This document shows positions 23,920 through 35,580 of a DNA stretch of 50,071 nt, piece after piece (position 1 is the first letter of the stretch; each line of letters begins with the position of its first letter). The DNA lies in contig NC_059430.1 in assembly GCF_021028975.2 (NCBI RefSeq), forward strand, positions 78,691,930-78,742,000, in the 5' to 3' direction. The translations under genes and the position numbers were made by a program. This stretch comes from Sphaerodactylus townsendi (taxonomy: Eukaryota). Below the pieces are notes generated by a model. It saw only the letters and a program-made list of their open reading frames with translations, had not been told where the DNA came from and made no database searches.

Positions 23920-24197
23920 CCAGGTGGTGTAGTGCTTAAGAGCAAGTGGATTCTAATCTGGAGAACATGGTTTGATTCCCCACTCCTCCACCTGTGTGGC
24001 AGAGGCTTATCTGGTGAACCAGTTATGTTTCCACACTTCTACGTTCCTTCTGGGTGACATTTCTAGTCACAGTTCTTCTGAGCCCCACCTACCTCACAAA
24101 GGGTCTGTTGTGGGGAGAGGAAGGGAAAGGAGCTTGTAAACCACCTTGAGTCTCCTTACAGGAGAGAAAGGTAGGATATAAATCTGTAACCTTCTTC
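23920..24197 (+). mobile_element. SINE nested in L2 (same family as 47418)
   Basis: GGTGTAGTGCTTAAG...GGTTTGATTCCC head; tail GAGTCTCCTTACAGGAGAGAAAGG..ATATAAAT..CTTCTTC. Confidence 0.8.
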
Positions 24198-24837
24198 ATA
24201 ATCTGAAACTGAACTGGAATCCAAACTGGATCCAAACAATCCACTTCTTTCAAGAATCCCTGAAGTTGCTGAGCCACCACTCATTCAGTAGCTCGAGAAT
24301 GGTATTTGCAACAGGACAGTAGTTATTCAACTTTCCTGAGTACAGAGTAGGGTTTTTTTAGCTGTGGACATCTCACTGCCTACTTCAAGGTGACCATCCG
24401 CTCACAGGGGGGCATTTATTATGCTCTGTTGTCTTGGGTGCAGTCTACCAGCGCACTTAAATTTAAGATTGCAAATACTCAAGGAATTTAAATCCCTTTT
24501 TGCACCAAGCAATTATATATAAAATAAAATAAGTGAGCTGCAAAGCAAGTCTGATTCAAATGTTATATTGTTTTAATGGAAATATTATATCAATTAAAAA
24601 GGAACATAACTATTTTTCTGTCACATGGGAACCTACTTATATGGAATGATTTCTCATCCAGTTCACTATTAATGAAATCATACAATCCCCTATATTTGAG
24701 AGGTAGTGAGTTCTTTGAAATTAACCACTGGAAGTTCCTGCATACATTTGTGTAAATGGAATATGCAATACATCATACATTTTAATAGTTACAGTAACAC
24801 AGATATAATGTTTGAGTTGGACCAGCTTCTTAATCTG

Positions 24838-25010
24838 GTGTGTGTGTGTGTGTGTGTAATGTGCCATCAAGTCAAAGCTGATTTATGGCAACCCAGCAAG
24901 GGCTTTCAAGGCAAGTGATTAAGCAGAGGTAGTTTGTCATTGCCTTCATATGCAGAGTTTGCTTTGGAGTACTGACCGTGCTTAACTTCTGGGATATCAG
25001 GCGATCCAAT
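24838..25010 (-). mobile_element. (TG)n plus RTE/Bov-B-tail-related fragment
   Basis: TG run followed by GGCTTTCAAGGCAAG...AAGCAGAGGTAGTTTGTCATTGCCTTC. Confidence 0.55.
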
Positions 25011-25126
25011 GATGCATTTCCTCCTTTTTAAATTCTATGCAGGGCTAAACTTGGGACTGTTTGATGTATTATTTTGTAAGTATTCTAATTCAATATGTTA
25101 ATCTGTTAATTGGATTTTGTGCACAG

Positions 25127-25228
25127 ATAAATTTCAACTTGATTCTCTTAATTCTACTGGAAATTTTTATGGCAACTACTGTGATAATTTCAGCTAGATC
25201 TAATGAGGAGTGCTGCAGGAAGAAGAAA
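25127..25228 (+). CDS. MLC1: MLC1 coding exon 5
   Basis: gcacag|[34 protein letters not shown]|gtaagt, 102 nt. Confidence 0.97.
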
Positions 25229-25432
25229 GTAAGTTTTCCCATTTTCATCATGTGGCACACACCTTTATCGTGTTACTGGATATACTTGATAAAAGAAAAA
25301 TCAATATTTCCCTCCCTTTCTCTCTGTCTCTAAATATGCACATACATGATAAAGAAAAATGCCTTGTCTCTTTAGTAGAGGCTTAATATGTGGAAATGAG
25401 CCATTGAAGCTTTAATGGCATAGAGATATATA

Positions 25433-25937
25433 TCTATCTATATAAAAAGCTAACCATGTGTTTGTTACTCACGGTCTAACTCAGGAACTGCTGAAGCAAA
25501 TGCCCTGAAACTTTCAGGGAATGCTGCTCATCTGTGCGAGCATGTTTTCTGCTCCTTGGAAGCCTCAGGTACCACACCTGAGGCAGGTAAATCCGATAGG
25601 CAGAGGTGGCATCTGGTGCGCATGTGCCACTCCTCTGAGCCGTTGGAGACAGCCAGGGGCCCGCTGCGGCAGGAAGGCGCGAGCGGAGCGTTGGAAGGAG
25701 GAAGCGAGCCGGCTGCCGTGGGAAGACACGGAGGCCCAGGCGATTGGACCCAGTCCCAGTCCCGAGCTGAGTGGCGCCGGGGGGGAGGGGGAAGAAAACT
25801 GAAAGGTCAGGCGGCCGCTGCTGGAGGGAAGTGTGGCCAGAAGGGCGGAAGGAGGAAGCAAGCCGGCCCTCCTCGGGAAACACGGATTTTTCTGGATTTT
25901 TCTTCCTGACATCTGGATTTTTCTTCCTGACATCTAG
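25433..25937 (+). mobile_element. Probable non-autonomous Helitron
   Basis: GC-rich block in an AT-rich intron; begins A|TCTATCTATATAAAA and ends CTAG|T; no TIR or TSD. Confidence 0.6.
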
Positions 25938-26202
25938 TTTTCTGTGTTCTGAAGGGGCTATTTGTTGTTTCTTTTTAAATATAGAAGATCATTCCATTTT
26001 GAATCTGAAAGTAGTATAGTCCATACCCAAATTTATCATATGTGTGATAACCAGAGAACCCTATGATTCCTTAAAGTCTAGCAAATCTATTGTAGCTTTG
26101 TAGTTATACACTTCTAAATTAAAAATATTTAATGTTTCTAATAAATTGATTATACTTAACATAATATACAGTGAAATCCTATGAGACTAGTGCAGTCTAA
26201 GC

Positions 26203-26807
26203 CAGGGGCGTACTGGGGGAAATGGTGTCCAGGGGCAACACCTGCTCCAGGCACAACACCTGCTCTGGGTGCCCCACCGGACCCCGGGCCCCCTTAATTT
26301 TGCCATCCTGCAGGGAGGCTGGGGGGAAGGCGGCTTGGGTGGGTGCCACGGCGGCAGGCTGGCTCCTGCCCTCCAGGGGCTGACCTGCTACCGCGGTGCC
26401 TGTCTGCGCCCCCCACCTGGGCCCCTGGCCTCCCTGGGGAGGGCAGGAGCCAGCCTGCAGGGATGCCAGGGTGGGGCTTCAGTGACGAGCAGTGGTGGGC
26501 GCGGCAGTGGCGGGCTGGCTCCTGCCTGAGAGCTGGCCTTTCTGTCAGCAGGAAGGCTGGCTCTCGGGCAGGAGCTGGCCTGTGGCTGCGGCTCAGCAGC
26601 AGGTGGCTAAGGTGGGTGTCGTGGCTGCAGCTGGCCTTCCTGTCAGCATGGAGGCCAGGGAGTGCAGGAGCTGGCCTGCGACTGTGGCACTCACCTGAGC
26701 AGCACGAAGGGAGCCGCCGGGCACTGGCCGGGTCCCACAAGGACCCTGCTGGTGCCCGCTCCCCTGCCACATGTTCAAATGGCATGCACCTTAGCGGTAC
26801 ATCACTG
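26203..26807. mobile_element. hAT (Tip100-like) non-autonomous element
   Basis: Ends CAGGGGCGTAC / GTACATCACTG with a perfect 8-bp TSD gtctaagc (26195-26202, 26808-26815). Confidence 0.9.
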
Positions 26808-27719
26808 GTCTAAGCTCACTCAAATCAATGCAGTAATTAGAAAGGAGTAAAGTAATTAGAAAGGAGTCTGCATAGGCAGTGAGGGAGAATTGCATGCTGG
26901 GATCAGGTGGCACACAGCTTTTCTGGCTACCCCAATGCCTCTGAAGCCTGCTTGAATTATTCTTATGCCAGATTGGCTTTTGTTAGTGTAACCTCAGTTT
27001 ATGGGTTCAGCGGAGCGGAACTTGGAAGGAGTTTTGCAACAACTACATTTTTAAACAAAATTGTTTACTTTTCCTTAACATACAACACTCATTCAGTATT
27101 AACATTTAACATAACAATACAAGGTCCTGTTTAATTTCATTTCATGTCCCTTTAATTACAGTCCAGTAATGCCAAGTCCATTTGTTCTTGCAAATGTGTG
27201 GCTCATGAAGACTCCAGATGCTTGGTGTACTGGATTTGAGATGATGAAGGTCCCCAAAAGAACTCTCACCAATTACACACACACAGCCCCGAAACAATAA
27301 ATTATAACATTTACAATATAGCAAAAAACAACAACTCCTTCCCCCCACTAGTTTCCAACAATATTGCAGTTACATTAAACAATGTGTTAAAGAGCTTATA
27401 ATATGCTTCCTTCAACTTCATGAGTTCAGTCTCCACTCCTTTCTGCGTCATCCCATTATTAACATAGGGGTTATGTTAGCATTATGTGCAAAAAGATGGT
27501 AGTAGAAAAAGGAAAGATTTTTCTTGGATAGCACATACACCAGTAGTGTTCTGTGAGCAATATGAGTTCAACCTCTGTTCCTTTTTTTGAAAGTGAATAC
27601 ATATGAAGAGCAGTTACTACATGCTTGTGGCGCTTAACATCTGATTAATGCTTAAAGTGAGTTCTACTGTGTGGTGCATTGTTTGGTTGTTCTGGTTATG
27701 GTTTTCTTCTTCCTTTCAG

Positions 27720-27791
27720 ATGACTGTATATGACAGTTCCAGCACATTGAATAATGTCCGCTTTCCTACACGGATATTGAAATCATATTCA
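27720..27791 (+). CDS. MLC1: MLC1 coding exon 6
   Basis: tttcag|MTVYDSSSTLNNVRFPTRILKSYS|gtaaga, 72 nt. Confidence 0.96.
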
Positions 27792-27883
27792 GTAAGAAGG
27801 ATTCAGATTCTTAATCTCTATAAATCTCCAGTGAATCAATAATATTTAAGTAATTTTTTCTTTTTCTTTTTTTGCACTTTTAG

Positions 27884-28000
27884 GTCATTGAAGTTATAAT
27901 TGGCATTTCCGCTGTGTTTGGTGGAATAATTGCTTTGAACATGGATGTACTGGTCTCGGGCCCATATCTTTCAGTTACTTTCTTTTGGATCTTAGTGGCT
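27884..28000 (+). CDS. MLC1: MLC1 coding exon 7
   Basis: ttttag|[39 protein letters not shown]|gtaggt, 117 nt, after a 92-nt intron. Confidence 0.97.
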
Positions 28001-28422
28001 GTAGGTATTATACCGTTAAATCTAACTTTTCATGAAACAATTTGCTCACTTTGATTTAGAACAATTGCCCGAAGCATTTGCAATAGGAAATCCTCCAGTT
28101 ACCACATTATTCTGCTGTATTCCAGTTCTGGATACAGAACAGTGTAGGCTCTATCAGGAATGAAAGACTGTTAATCAGAGAAAATAACAATTAATTTATG
28201 AGCTTGTGAATAACATTTAGTAACTCCTCATTAAAAAAGTTACTTGAATAATGTAAGGACAACAAGTTGAATATAATTCCACTTCACTAAAAAGGGAAAG
28301 TAAAGCTTGAAAACTCTGTTGGTATTATCAACATGTTTTTGTATATGAATTGCTCTATGAAACCCAAGCATGTCTGAGGTTTTGTATCCAGTATTTGATC
28401 TTAAACTTTGATTTCCTTTAAG

Positions 28423-28479
28423 TGTTTTCCCAGTGCCATTGCAAGTCACGTGGCTGCTGAATATCCAAGCAAATGCTTG
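28423..28479 (+). CDS. MLC1: MLC1 coding exon 8
   Basis: tttaag|CFPSAIASHVAAEYPSKCL|gtaagt, 57 nt. Confidence 0.97.
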
Positions 28480-29925
28480 GTAAGTATAGAATCATAGAGC
28501 TGGAAGAGACCACAAGGGCCATCAAATCCAACCCCCTGCCATGCAGGAATACACAGCCATCTCCAAAGAAGGAGACACCACTATCCTCTGAAGCAGCATA
28601 TTCCACTGTTGAACCCTATTACCTGTTTAGAAAAGGCCTTCCATATAATTCAGTTTTCCATAGTTTGTGGGAGCCAGGAAAGTGGGAGCCTTCCTAACCT
28701 CATCAGGCTGTTCATTCCAGAAGGTGGGGGCCACAACAGAGAACCTATGTGTAAAGTCAGTGGTTGATTTTGCAGCAGTTACCCTGTGCCAGCCCAGCTC
28801 TTCCAAAAGAGGAAGGGAGGGAGAAAGAGGCAGGCTGTCTACCCAACTGGCCAGACTTTTCTTGCCTTGCCTTGTATGCGGCTTGTGCAGGCCAGGTGGC
28901 AGATATGTGACTGGCACAAGCCCAGTGCTTCTGCCTTGCTCCATGAGGCTCCCTCACCTTGCATAGCACTTGGGTGGGCTTATTACCTTTTGTGGGCCAG
29001 GAGTTGCCTCCTTTGACTTACATGGACTTGAAGCCATGTCCTTCACCTCACACATGAGGCACCCCCTTCCCTTGCTTCATGTGGCACCTGGATAGATGGC
29101 ATCTCTTTCAACTTATGTGGGCCAGAAGCTTCCTCCCTCACATCACATGGGCTGAGTAATGCCCCCTTACTCAGGAGGCAGCTCCCTTGCCTAATGCAGG
29201 CTGGTTGCTGGCCTTCTACCACTGGGCTGACCTGCTAGGAGACGTCCTGATGCCTATAATGACCAGATCACTCTCGTTAACGTATTCCTGCAATGGGGGA
29301 TGGGGTGGGTCAAATGATCTGCAAGGTCCCTTCCATCTGTAACACTCTATGACTCTGACATTCTTGTCAGCACTTTCAGAGAACTCCTAGAAGTTAGCAA
29401 GGTCGAACGTCCCTGCATTGAAGCCATTCTGATTCTTGGTGATCATGGCATGCTCTTTTAAGTGTCTAATGATCCATTTATTAATAATACTTTCCTTCAA
29501 TTTATCAGAACACACATTAGACAAACCTTTTTTTAAAAGATCAATGTTATTTTGCTGTTTTCCAAACTTCTAAGAAACTGATTTTAGTGATATTGTGTAT
29601 TATTGTTATAAGATCAGCAATTCCTCATAAGAATTCTGTAAGAACTATGAGCCATCAAGTCCCAATGACTAGTCAACTAGTTCTAGAACTGCATCACTTG
29701 AATTTGACTCAGCTCTTCGGAACTTCCTTTACAAGTATCTGTACCTAAATATGAATTTAGTTGATATTTCATATTCTCTGTTCTATATGAGTTTCTTTCT
29801 GTAAATAATGTGTTGCATATTCTGTTTACATAAATGTATGCAGATAATCCACCGATGTACAGATTCTTAATTTTTTTTCTACAGATTAATAATTTTTTAA
29901 GGACACATTTTTATTTTTAATATAG

Positions 29926-30048
29926 GTAGAAGTCCTGATTGCCATAAGCAGTGTCACTTCTCCATTATTATTCACAGCTTCTGGATACTTGTCCTTCAGT
30001 ATCATGCAAATTGTTGACATCTTTAAAAATTATCCACCAGCCATTAAA
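29926..30048 (+). CDS. MLC1: MLC1 coding exon 9
   Basis: atatag|[41 protein letters not shown]|gtatgt, 123 nt. Confidence 0.97.
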
Positions 30049-31373
30049 GTATGTATTGGTTCTAAATGTTTATGTGTAGCCAATTAACCTATATTGTAAC
30101 ATACTGTGACATTAAGTAAAAATTACCTATTTTTTTACTATAAGAAATGCAAGCTTATATAAATCTCATCTTTGAGGTTTACTGATTGTTTTTATTGATT
30201 TTAGAGTGCATAAGATCACAAGTACCTTGTAGAGAGATAGGAGTGCCTTAAAGCCTGGGGTTGAGAATTATGGGCTTGAAGCTAAAGGGGCGACAGAACC
30301 AAAAGAGACAACAAAGTCTGCAATCTATGTTTTTATTTGTCTATAGTTCCATATTTTAGGCAGCATGTCAACACACAATTTGATCAGAGCCCAAGCTAGT
30401 GAATGTTTATGTAATTTCTAGTTCTTGGGATGCTTTGGCAATGATTGTCAGTTGTTTTCAATCTGTTTACATTTCACTTTAATATACGAGAGTTGGAAGA
30501 AGAATGTATTCATTGTTCTTTTAAAGACTGAATTATACCCTTCTGTTACTTTTGTATCATATGCATTAATGTGATCTCGTTCTGTTTGTTGTAACATGCC
30601 AACCAACGACTCTGGAAAACTTTTTTTGATGCCTGGTAGTCCTACCAAATTTTATTCAAGAGGTGATAGGTAGAAAGTTTGCCCATAATTAAATCTGTGA
30701 GAAGAAAAAATGTTTTCAGACTGTACAAAAATGTACTTACAATGCTGATGTAAACCTCTATGTCTAATTCTGCATTTAACATGTACGGAGGGGTGATCTT
30801 AGTAATTCTGGGGCCTTGGCAAAAGTCCAGAATCATTGCCATCCTTCTGCTGGGCCAAGCAAGGGGTGGCTGTTGCCCCATACAAGTAGGGAGCGAGCTT
30901 TCACCAGAAGCTGGCTGCCCAAACCCCTGACAGGGCAGGTGAGAGTGGGGGCAGTAGAAGCCTACTCTTCTCCCTCCCCTGCCTTTGCCAGGAGATGATG
31001 AGTGATTGAGGGTCCCCTTAGTAGCAGATCCTGGGCATCTGCCCTGGTTGCCCATTGGCGAAGACCTCCCCTGTATGTATGTAATTGTTAAGTGTACACA
31101 TTTGTGTGCTTGAACAAATGCAGTAGATAACTGGGAAGCCTGGACTGCTAAATTGTGAGAAAATACACTTCCTGCTTCTGGAGCAGTATCTGGAAACAGA
31201 GGTTCTCCCAGGAATACAGAAAGTGGCTATGTCTAAGGAAGAAAAATAATATTTTGTGTGGGAAAAGTGTGGGAAATCACAACGAATATCTTCAAAAATG
31301 TGATCTGTGTATGATATAAAACATCATAATAACTAGCATTAATAAAATCTGTTCTTATCTGTATTGATTTTAG

Positions 31374-31541
31374 CAGTCTTATGATGTTCTCCTGCTGCTT
31401 CTCATGCTGATGCTATTGATTCAAGCTTTCCTGACCACAGGCACCGTCATACAATGTGTAAGCTTCAAGGCAAAAATGAAAATGTGTGATTCATTGTGGA
31501 CTATTCCACAAATAAGTAAACAAGAGTATAAAACAACGGAG
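31374..31541 (+). CDS. MLC1: MLC1 coding exon 10 (poly-leucine TM segment)
   Basis: ttttag|QSYDVLLLLLMLMLLIQAFLTTGTVIQCVSFK...YKTTE|gtgagc. Tandem TAG/CAG acceptor, alternative start at 31377. Confidence 0.95.
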
Positions 31542-31889
31542 GTGAGCATTAATGATATTTCATCATTGCTTTTGGTAGACAATTTTTCTGATCATTTGGG
31601 AAATGAAACCATATTCCCCATGGGGCAGAGGGGTAAGCTGCAGTCAGAGGCGTATCTAGGCAAACTGGAGCCTGTGGACAAAACCTGAGGTTGGGTTCCC
31701 CCTCCCCCATGGGCCAAACACACAAGGCCTTCTCCACCACGACCAAACAATGATTTTTGCACCAGCTCACAAAACACTTCCCACCCCCAGCAAAACACAC
31801 ATGGCTCTCTCCCCACCAACTCTCTTTCCTAATTTTGTCCTCACACCAACCCTATGAGGTAGGTTGTTAGCCTAAGAAACAGCTCCACG

Positions 31890-32678
31890 CCAGTGCAAGT
31901 GGGTATTAAGCATGTAAATCTCTCACAAATCACTCCCAGCAAAACATTTACCAAACAAATGTCAGCATCATCTCTCACAAAACACCTACAGTGGAATCCA
32001 CCCCCAAACAGCATCACTTTCAATGGAGTTTAAACTCGGGAGCCCCGATGCTTCTTTTAAATCCACCTTAAAAGGAGAATCTGGGGTTCCCAGTTAAAAC
32101 AACATTGAAAATGATGCTATTTTGGGGTGGATTCTCCCGTACCCTGAAGCAGCATCACTTTCAATGTTTAAACTGGGGGCCTCACATTCTCCCTTTAAGT
32201 CCATGCCGAAGGGGGTGGATTTAAAAGGGGAATCTGGGGAAATTTGGAGGGTGCCTGCTGTCAGTCACTTAACTAATTGTTAAGTTAGCAGCACCAAACT
32301 TTCGGGGTATCTTTAGGAGACTCTCCTGATGATACCACCCAGGTTTGGTGAAGTTTGATTCAAGGGGTCCAAAGTTATGGACCCTCAAAGGTGTAGTCCC
32401 CATCTCCTATTAGCTCCCATTGGAAACAATGGGGGATGGGGGCACCTCTTTTGGGAGTCCATAACTTTGGACCTCCTGAACCAAACCTCACCTAACTTGG
32501 GTGGTATCATCAGGAGAGTCTCCTAATTTTGGTGCTGCTAGTCTAAAAACTGCTCCCCCTGCAGGCCAAAAAATACAAAACACACACAAACGAACCTGAA
32601 AATTTTGTGCCCTCCACTGGGGGGGGGGGCGCCCGGGGACATAGGGTACCCCATGTTCCCTAGGTAAATACGCCACTG
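31890..32678. mobile_element. hAT-like non-autonomous element, one end visible
   Basis: Ends TACGCCACTG (reverse complement CAGTGGCGTA). Internal inverted and direct repeats (CAGCATCACTTTCAATG twice; arms ~32290-32385 / ~32455-32540). No TSD found. Confidence 0.6.
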
Positions 32679-32689
32679 GCTGCAGTACT

Positions 32690-32930
32690 GCAGTCAAAAC
32701 TTTACTCAAGACCAGAGTTTGATCCTGATGGAAGCTGGTTGCACGTAGCTGGCTCAAGGTTGAATTAGCCTTCCATCCTTCCAAGGTTGATGAAGTGGAT
32801 TTCTGGGGGTAAAGTGTAAAGGACTGGGGAAGGCAATGGCAAACTATCCTGTAAACATTGTCTTCCTAGTAAACATTGTCATGTGACATCACCCCATGGG
32901 TTAATAATGACCTGGTGCTTGCTCAGAGAT
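32690..32930 (+). mobile_element. Older Sauria-type SINE
   Basis: GGCTCAAGGTTGAATTAGCCTTCCATCCTTCC...GGGGAAGGCAATGGCAAAC body. Confidence 0.7.
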
Positions 32931-33021
32931 AATTAAACACTGTTATTGGCCTATTTTATGATTCTAGACTGTAATAAATCTTTCCTAGTTTCTTGCAAAA
33001 TCAATCAACTCGTTACACACA

Positions 33022-33022
<1 letters not shown>

Positions 33023-33064
<42 letters not shown>
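33023..33064. repeat. (AC)n microsatellite
   Basis: Dinucleotide run. Confidence 0.95.
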
Positions 33065-33066
<2 letters not shown>

Positions 33067-33153
33067 ATGCATATATGTATTTACATATGGAACATTGTTG
33101 TGAAGTAGGAGTTTCACTTAAAATGTTATTTAATGATAAAGTAATCTTTCATG

Positions 33154-33436
33154 AGGAGCCGCGTGGCGTAGTGGTTAAGTGTTTGCACTGCCACTCACAC
33201 GGTCAGAAGTTCGAACCCCCTGTGGGTCAGATATCCTGGCAGCTGGCTCATGGTCAACTCAACCAGCCATCCATTCTTGGTCGGTAAATGTGTACCTAGC
33301 TCGTAGCTAGGGGGTAAAGAATAGCCAGGGAAAGCAATGGCAAACTACCCCCACAAAAGAGGCTTGCCTATGAAATCACTGCTCGCAGTGGTACCCCAGG
33401 GTTTGACATGACTGAAGGGAAAACTTTACCTTTACC
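33154..33436 (+). mobile_element. Full-length Sauria SINE
   Basis: A box TGGCGTAGTGG, B box GTTCGAACC, Bov-B-like tail with ACCTTT-type repeats, 12-bp TSD taatctttcatg (33142-33153, 33437-33448). Confidence 0.9.
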
Positions 33437-33570
33437 TAATCTTTCATGCTTAATGTTGGTATGTTGTATGGTATATTAAGAGGAAAAACTATAGTTGTAG
33501 TTCTACCTACATTGTACATCTGCTTCTATAATCTACAGTTATGGTGATTGATTTTTTTTCTTTGTTTAAG

Positions 33571-33645
33571 GTCTCCAATAATAGCATGAAGGATTTTGAC
33601 AAAGAAAAGGCTTGGAAAGCTGTTGTTGTACAGATGGCTCAGTAA
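33571..33645 (+). CDS. MLC1: MLC1 last coding exon
   Basis: tttaag|VSNNSMKDFDKEKAWKAVVVQMAQ*, matching human ...KEFDKEKAWRAVVVQMAQ. Confidence 0.98.
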   Translation, partial: VSNNSMKDFDKEKAWKAVVVQMAQ

Positions 33646-34289
33646 TTCAGATTTAGGAAATGGGATCAGGAGAGTTGTTGAATTTAGGCAAGCCAGCCTT
33701 TGTATTTACAAACATCACTATCACAATGCCAGTTGCGTAATAGTTATCCCACTGACTACTTCAGAACAATTTGAGAACTGCTGTGCCTAAGAATGTTAGC
33801 GCTAGCACCTTTCTTTAATCCTCTTTTATGTGCCTTTCCAATAACATGGACATTTGTGTAGCATCAAGTCTGTGATACAATTTGTTGCCAGAAATGTTTC
33901 ATAGAATGTTAGTTTATTAACATGTATATTATAGCTTTTAGATTATTATTTTTGCAAAGAGAATTTACATCAATGAAGTCATTAATCTGAAATATAACCA
34001 ATCTGAATATATAAATAACAATAAGTGGTAGGTCTTCCTTATTGCGAGAGACCAGTATAACTGCTGGCATGCAGTTAATGTAGCACATGCTTTTGTAAAG
34101 TTATGGATGCATAGTATAATTGACACGTTTACTTATACTTCACTTTTGTATCTGTTATTTAAATAATAATACAAATAATAATAACCTTTATTTGCATGTA
34201 CATTATACTATCATAATTGCATATCAAATTTAAATATGTAAAATGAATATGTAGGAGTTATTAAGGATCTCTTATTACTTTTTGTATAA

Positions 34290-34295
34290 AATAAA
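34290..34295 (+). terminator. Candidate MLC1 polyadenylation signal
   Basis: AATAAA about 650 nt after the stop, at the end of an AT-rich UTR with several upstream TGTA motifs. Confidence 0.55.
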
Positions 34296-34556
34296 AACTT
34301 TTATCACTCGAGGATCCTAGACATGGTCTGATGTCCAGTTTATACAAAATTCACAAAAGCCCTGTCATTTCAATGGTTATGGTAGTGTCAGAGCATCTGC
34401 TCAGAGAAAAAGGAATATATTAATGGAAGCTAGGAACCTACTAGTAATGGACAAATGTTTCCCGAAGTACATTGTGGTCTTGAAGTAGCGGACTTTCCAC
34501 TATGGAAGTGAAGGATAGCCATCTGTTTACACGGGAGAAATTCCCCATCCCAGTGA

Positions 34557-34898
34557 TAAGAAGAGTTGGTTGTATATACCTCTTTTCCATCTATATTTAA
34601 GGAGTTTCAAAGTGGTTTACAACTGGAGTGCTGTGTGGTTTCCGGGCTGTATGGCCTTACCAACTGCCTTACCATCCCCTCTCCACAAGAGATACCTTGT
34701 GAGGTAGGTGGGGCTGAGATAGTTCTGAGAGAACGGTAAGTAGCCCACGATCACCCAGCAGGCTTCATGTAGAAGAGTAGGGAAATACACCCAGTTCACC
34801 AGATTAGAGTCTGCCACTCATGTGGAAGAGTGGGAGAATCAAATCTGGTTCTCCAGATTAGAGTCAGCCCCTCTTAACCATTACACCATGCTGGCTCC
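34557..34898 (-). mobile_element. SINE (47418 family) containing a ~30-bp Penelope-like piece
   Basis: Reverse-complement similarity to the 47418 copy. TGCTGTGTGGTTTCCGGGCTGTATGGCC at ~34628-34656 matches the 6338 element. Confidence 0.75.
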
Positions 34899-35129
34899 CC
34901 CTACACCTACTAGTGAATCAGTGATTAGTACTATAAAGGAAAGATTTCCTCCTCTCCTGTATTAGTCATAAATTGCAGTCTATACATTTTGTGCTTTAGA
35001 ATTAAATGGACTCCTGATAATTGAAACTGTTTATAGTCTTCCCCCGTCACCTGCATAGTTTTGCCCTGAGTACTGTTTGTTGGAATGATGGTCTTGGGAA
35101 AAGTGCAGTGGGGGTATGGGAATACTAGG

Positions 35130-35580
35130 GGTGAGGTGATGACTTAGTGGTAGAGCATCTCCTTTTCATGCAGAAGTTTAAATCCCTGTCTCCAGTTAAA
35201 AAAATCAGATAGAAAGTGACATGAAATACTTCTGCCTGAGACCGTGGTTAACAGTTGATAAGCTGATAGTCAGAGAAGACAGTACTGACCTTGATAGACC
35301 AGTAGTCAGAGTTAGTAGAAGACAGCTTTACTGTGAAGGTACTTGGATGTGGCAAAGAGAGAAAACACTGGCAATATTACAAAGCCATTGTGGTGTAATG
35401 GCTGCTAGAATATTGGACTAGAACCTGGCAGGCCCGGATTCAGATCTCCACATTGTCATGAAAGCTCAGTAACCCATAACATACTCAGCCTAACCTACCT
35501 GACAAAGCTGCTGGGAAGATAAAAAGGGGAATCATGTACAGCATCTTCAGCTCCTTGGAGTAAAGACATGATAAAAATAT
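35130..35580 (+). mobile_element. Two adjacent decayed SINEs (~35130-35335 and ~35385-35580)
   Basis: The first resembles the 15590/21460 family; the second has a TGGTGTAATGG head and CTCAGCCTAACCTACCT body. Confidence 0.6.

Larger units (their letters stand above)
23320..24440 (-). mobile_element. L2/CR1-group LINE reverse transcriptase fragment, interrupted by two younger elements
   Basis: Peptides VAQQLQGFLKEVDCLDP, TKTVLVTLVNDLCQEINGGNAILVFCQDLSA, VLCWFQSYL and MLFKIYVKPLGEVI are colinear with L2 RT domains. Confidence 0.85.

Noticed and set aside
25476-26850. Many 60-160 aa ORFs
   Set aside because: They lie inside GC-rich non-autonomous transposons in an MLC1 intron and are open in several frames.
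33154-33225. tRNA gene
   Set aside because: The A and B boxes continue into a SINE body and tail with a TSD; no complete cloverleaf.
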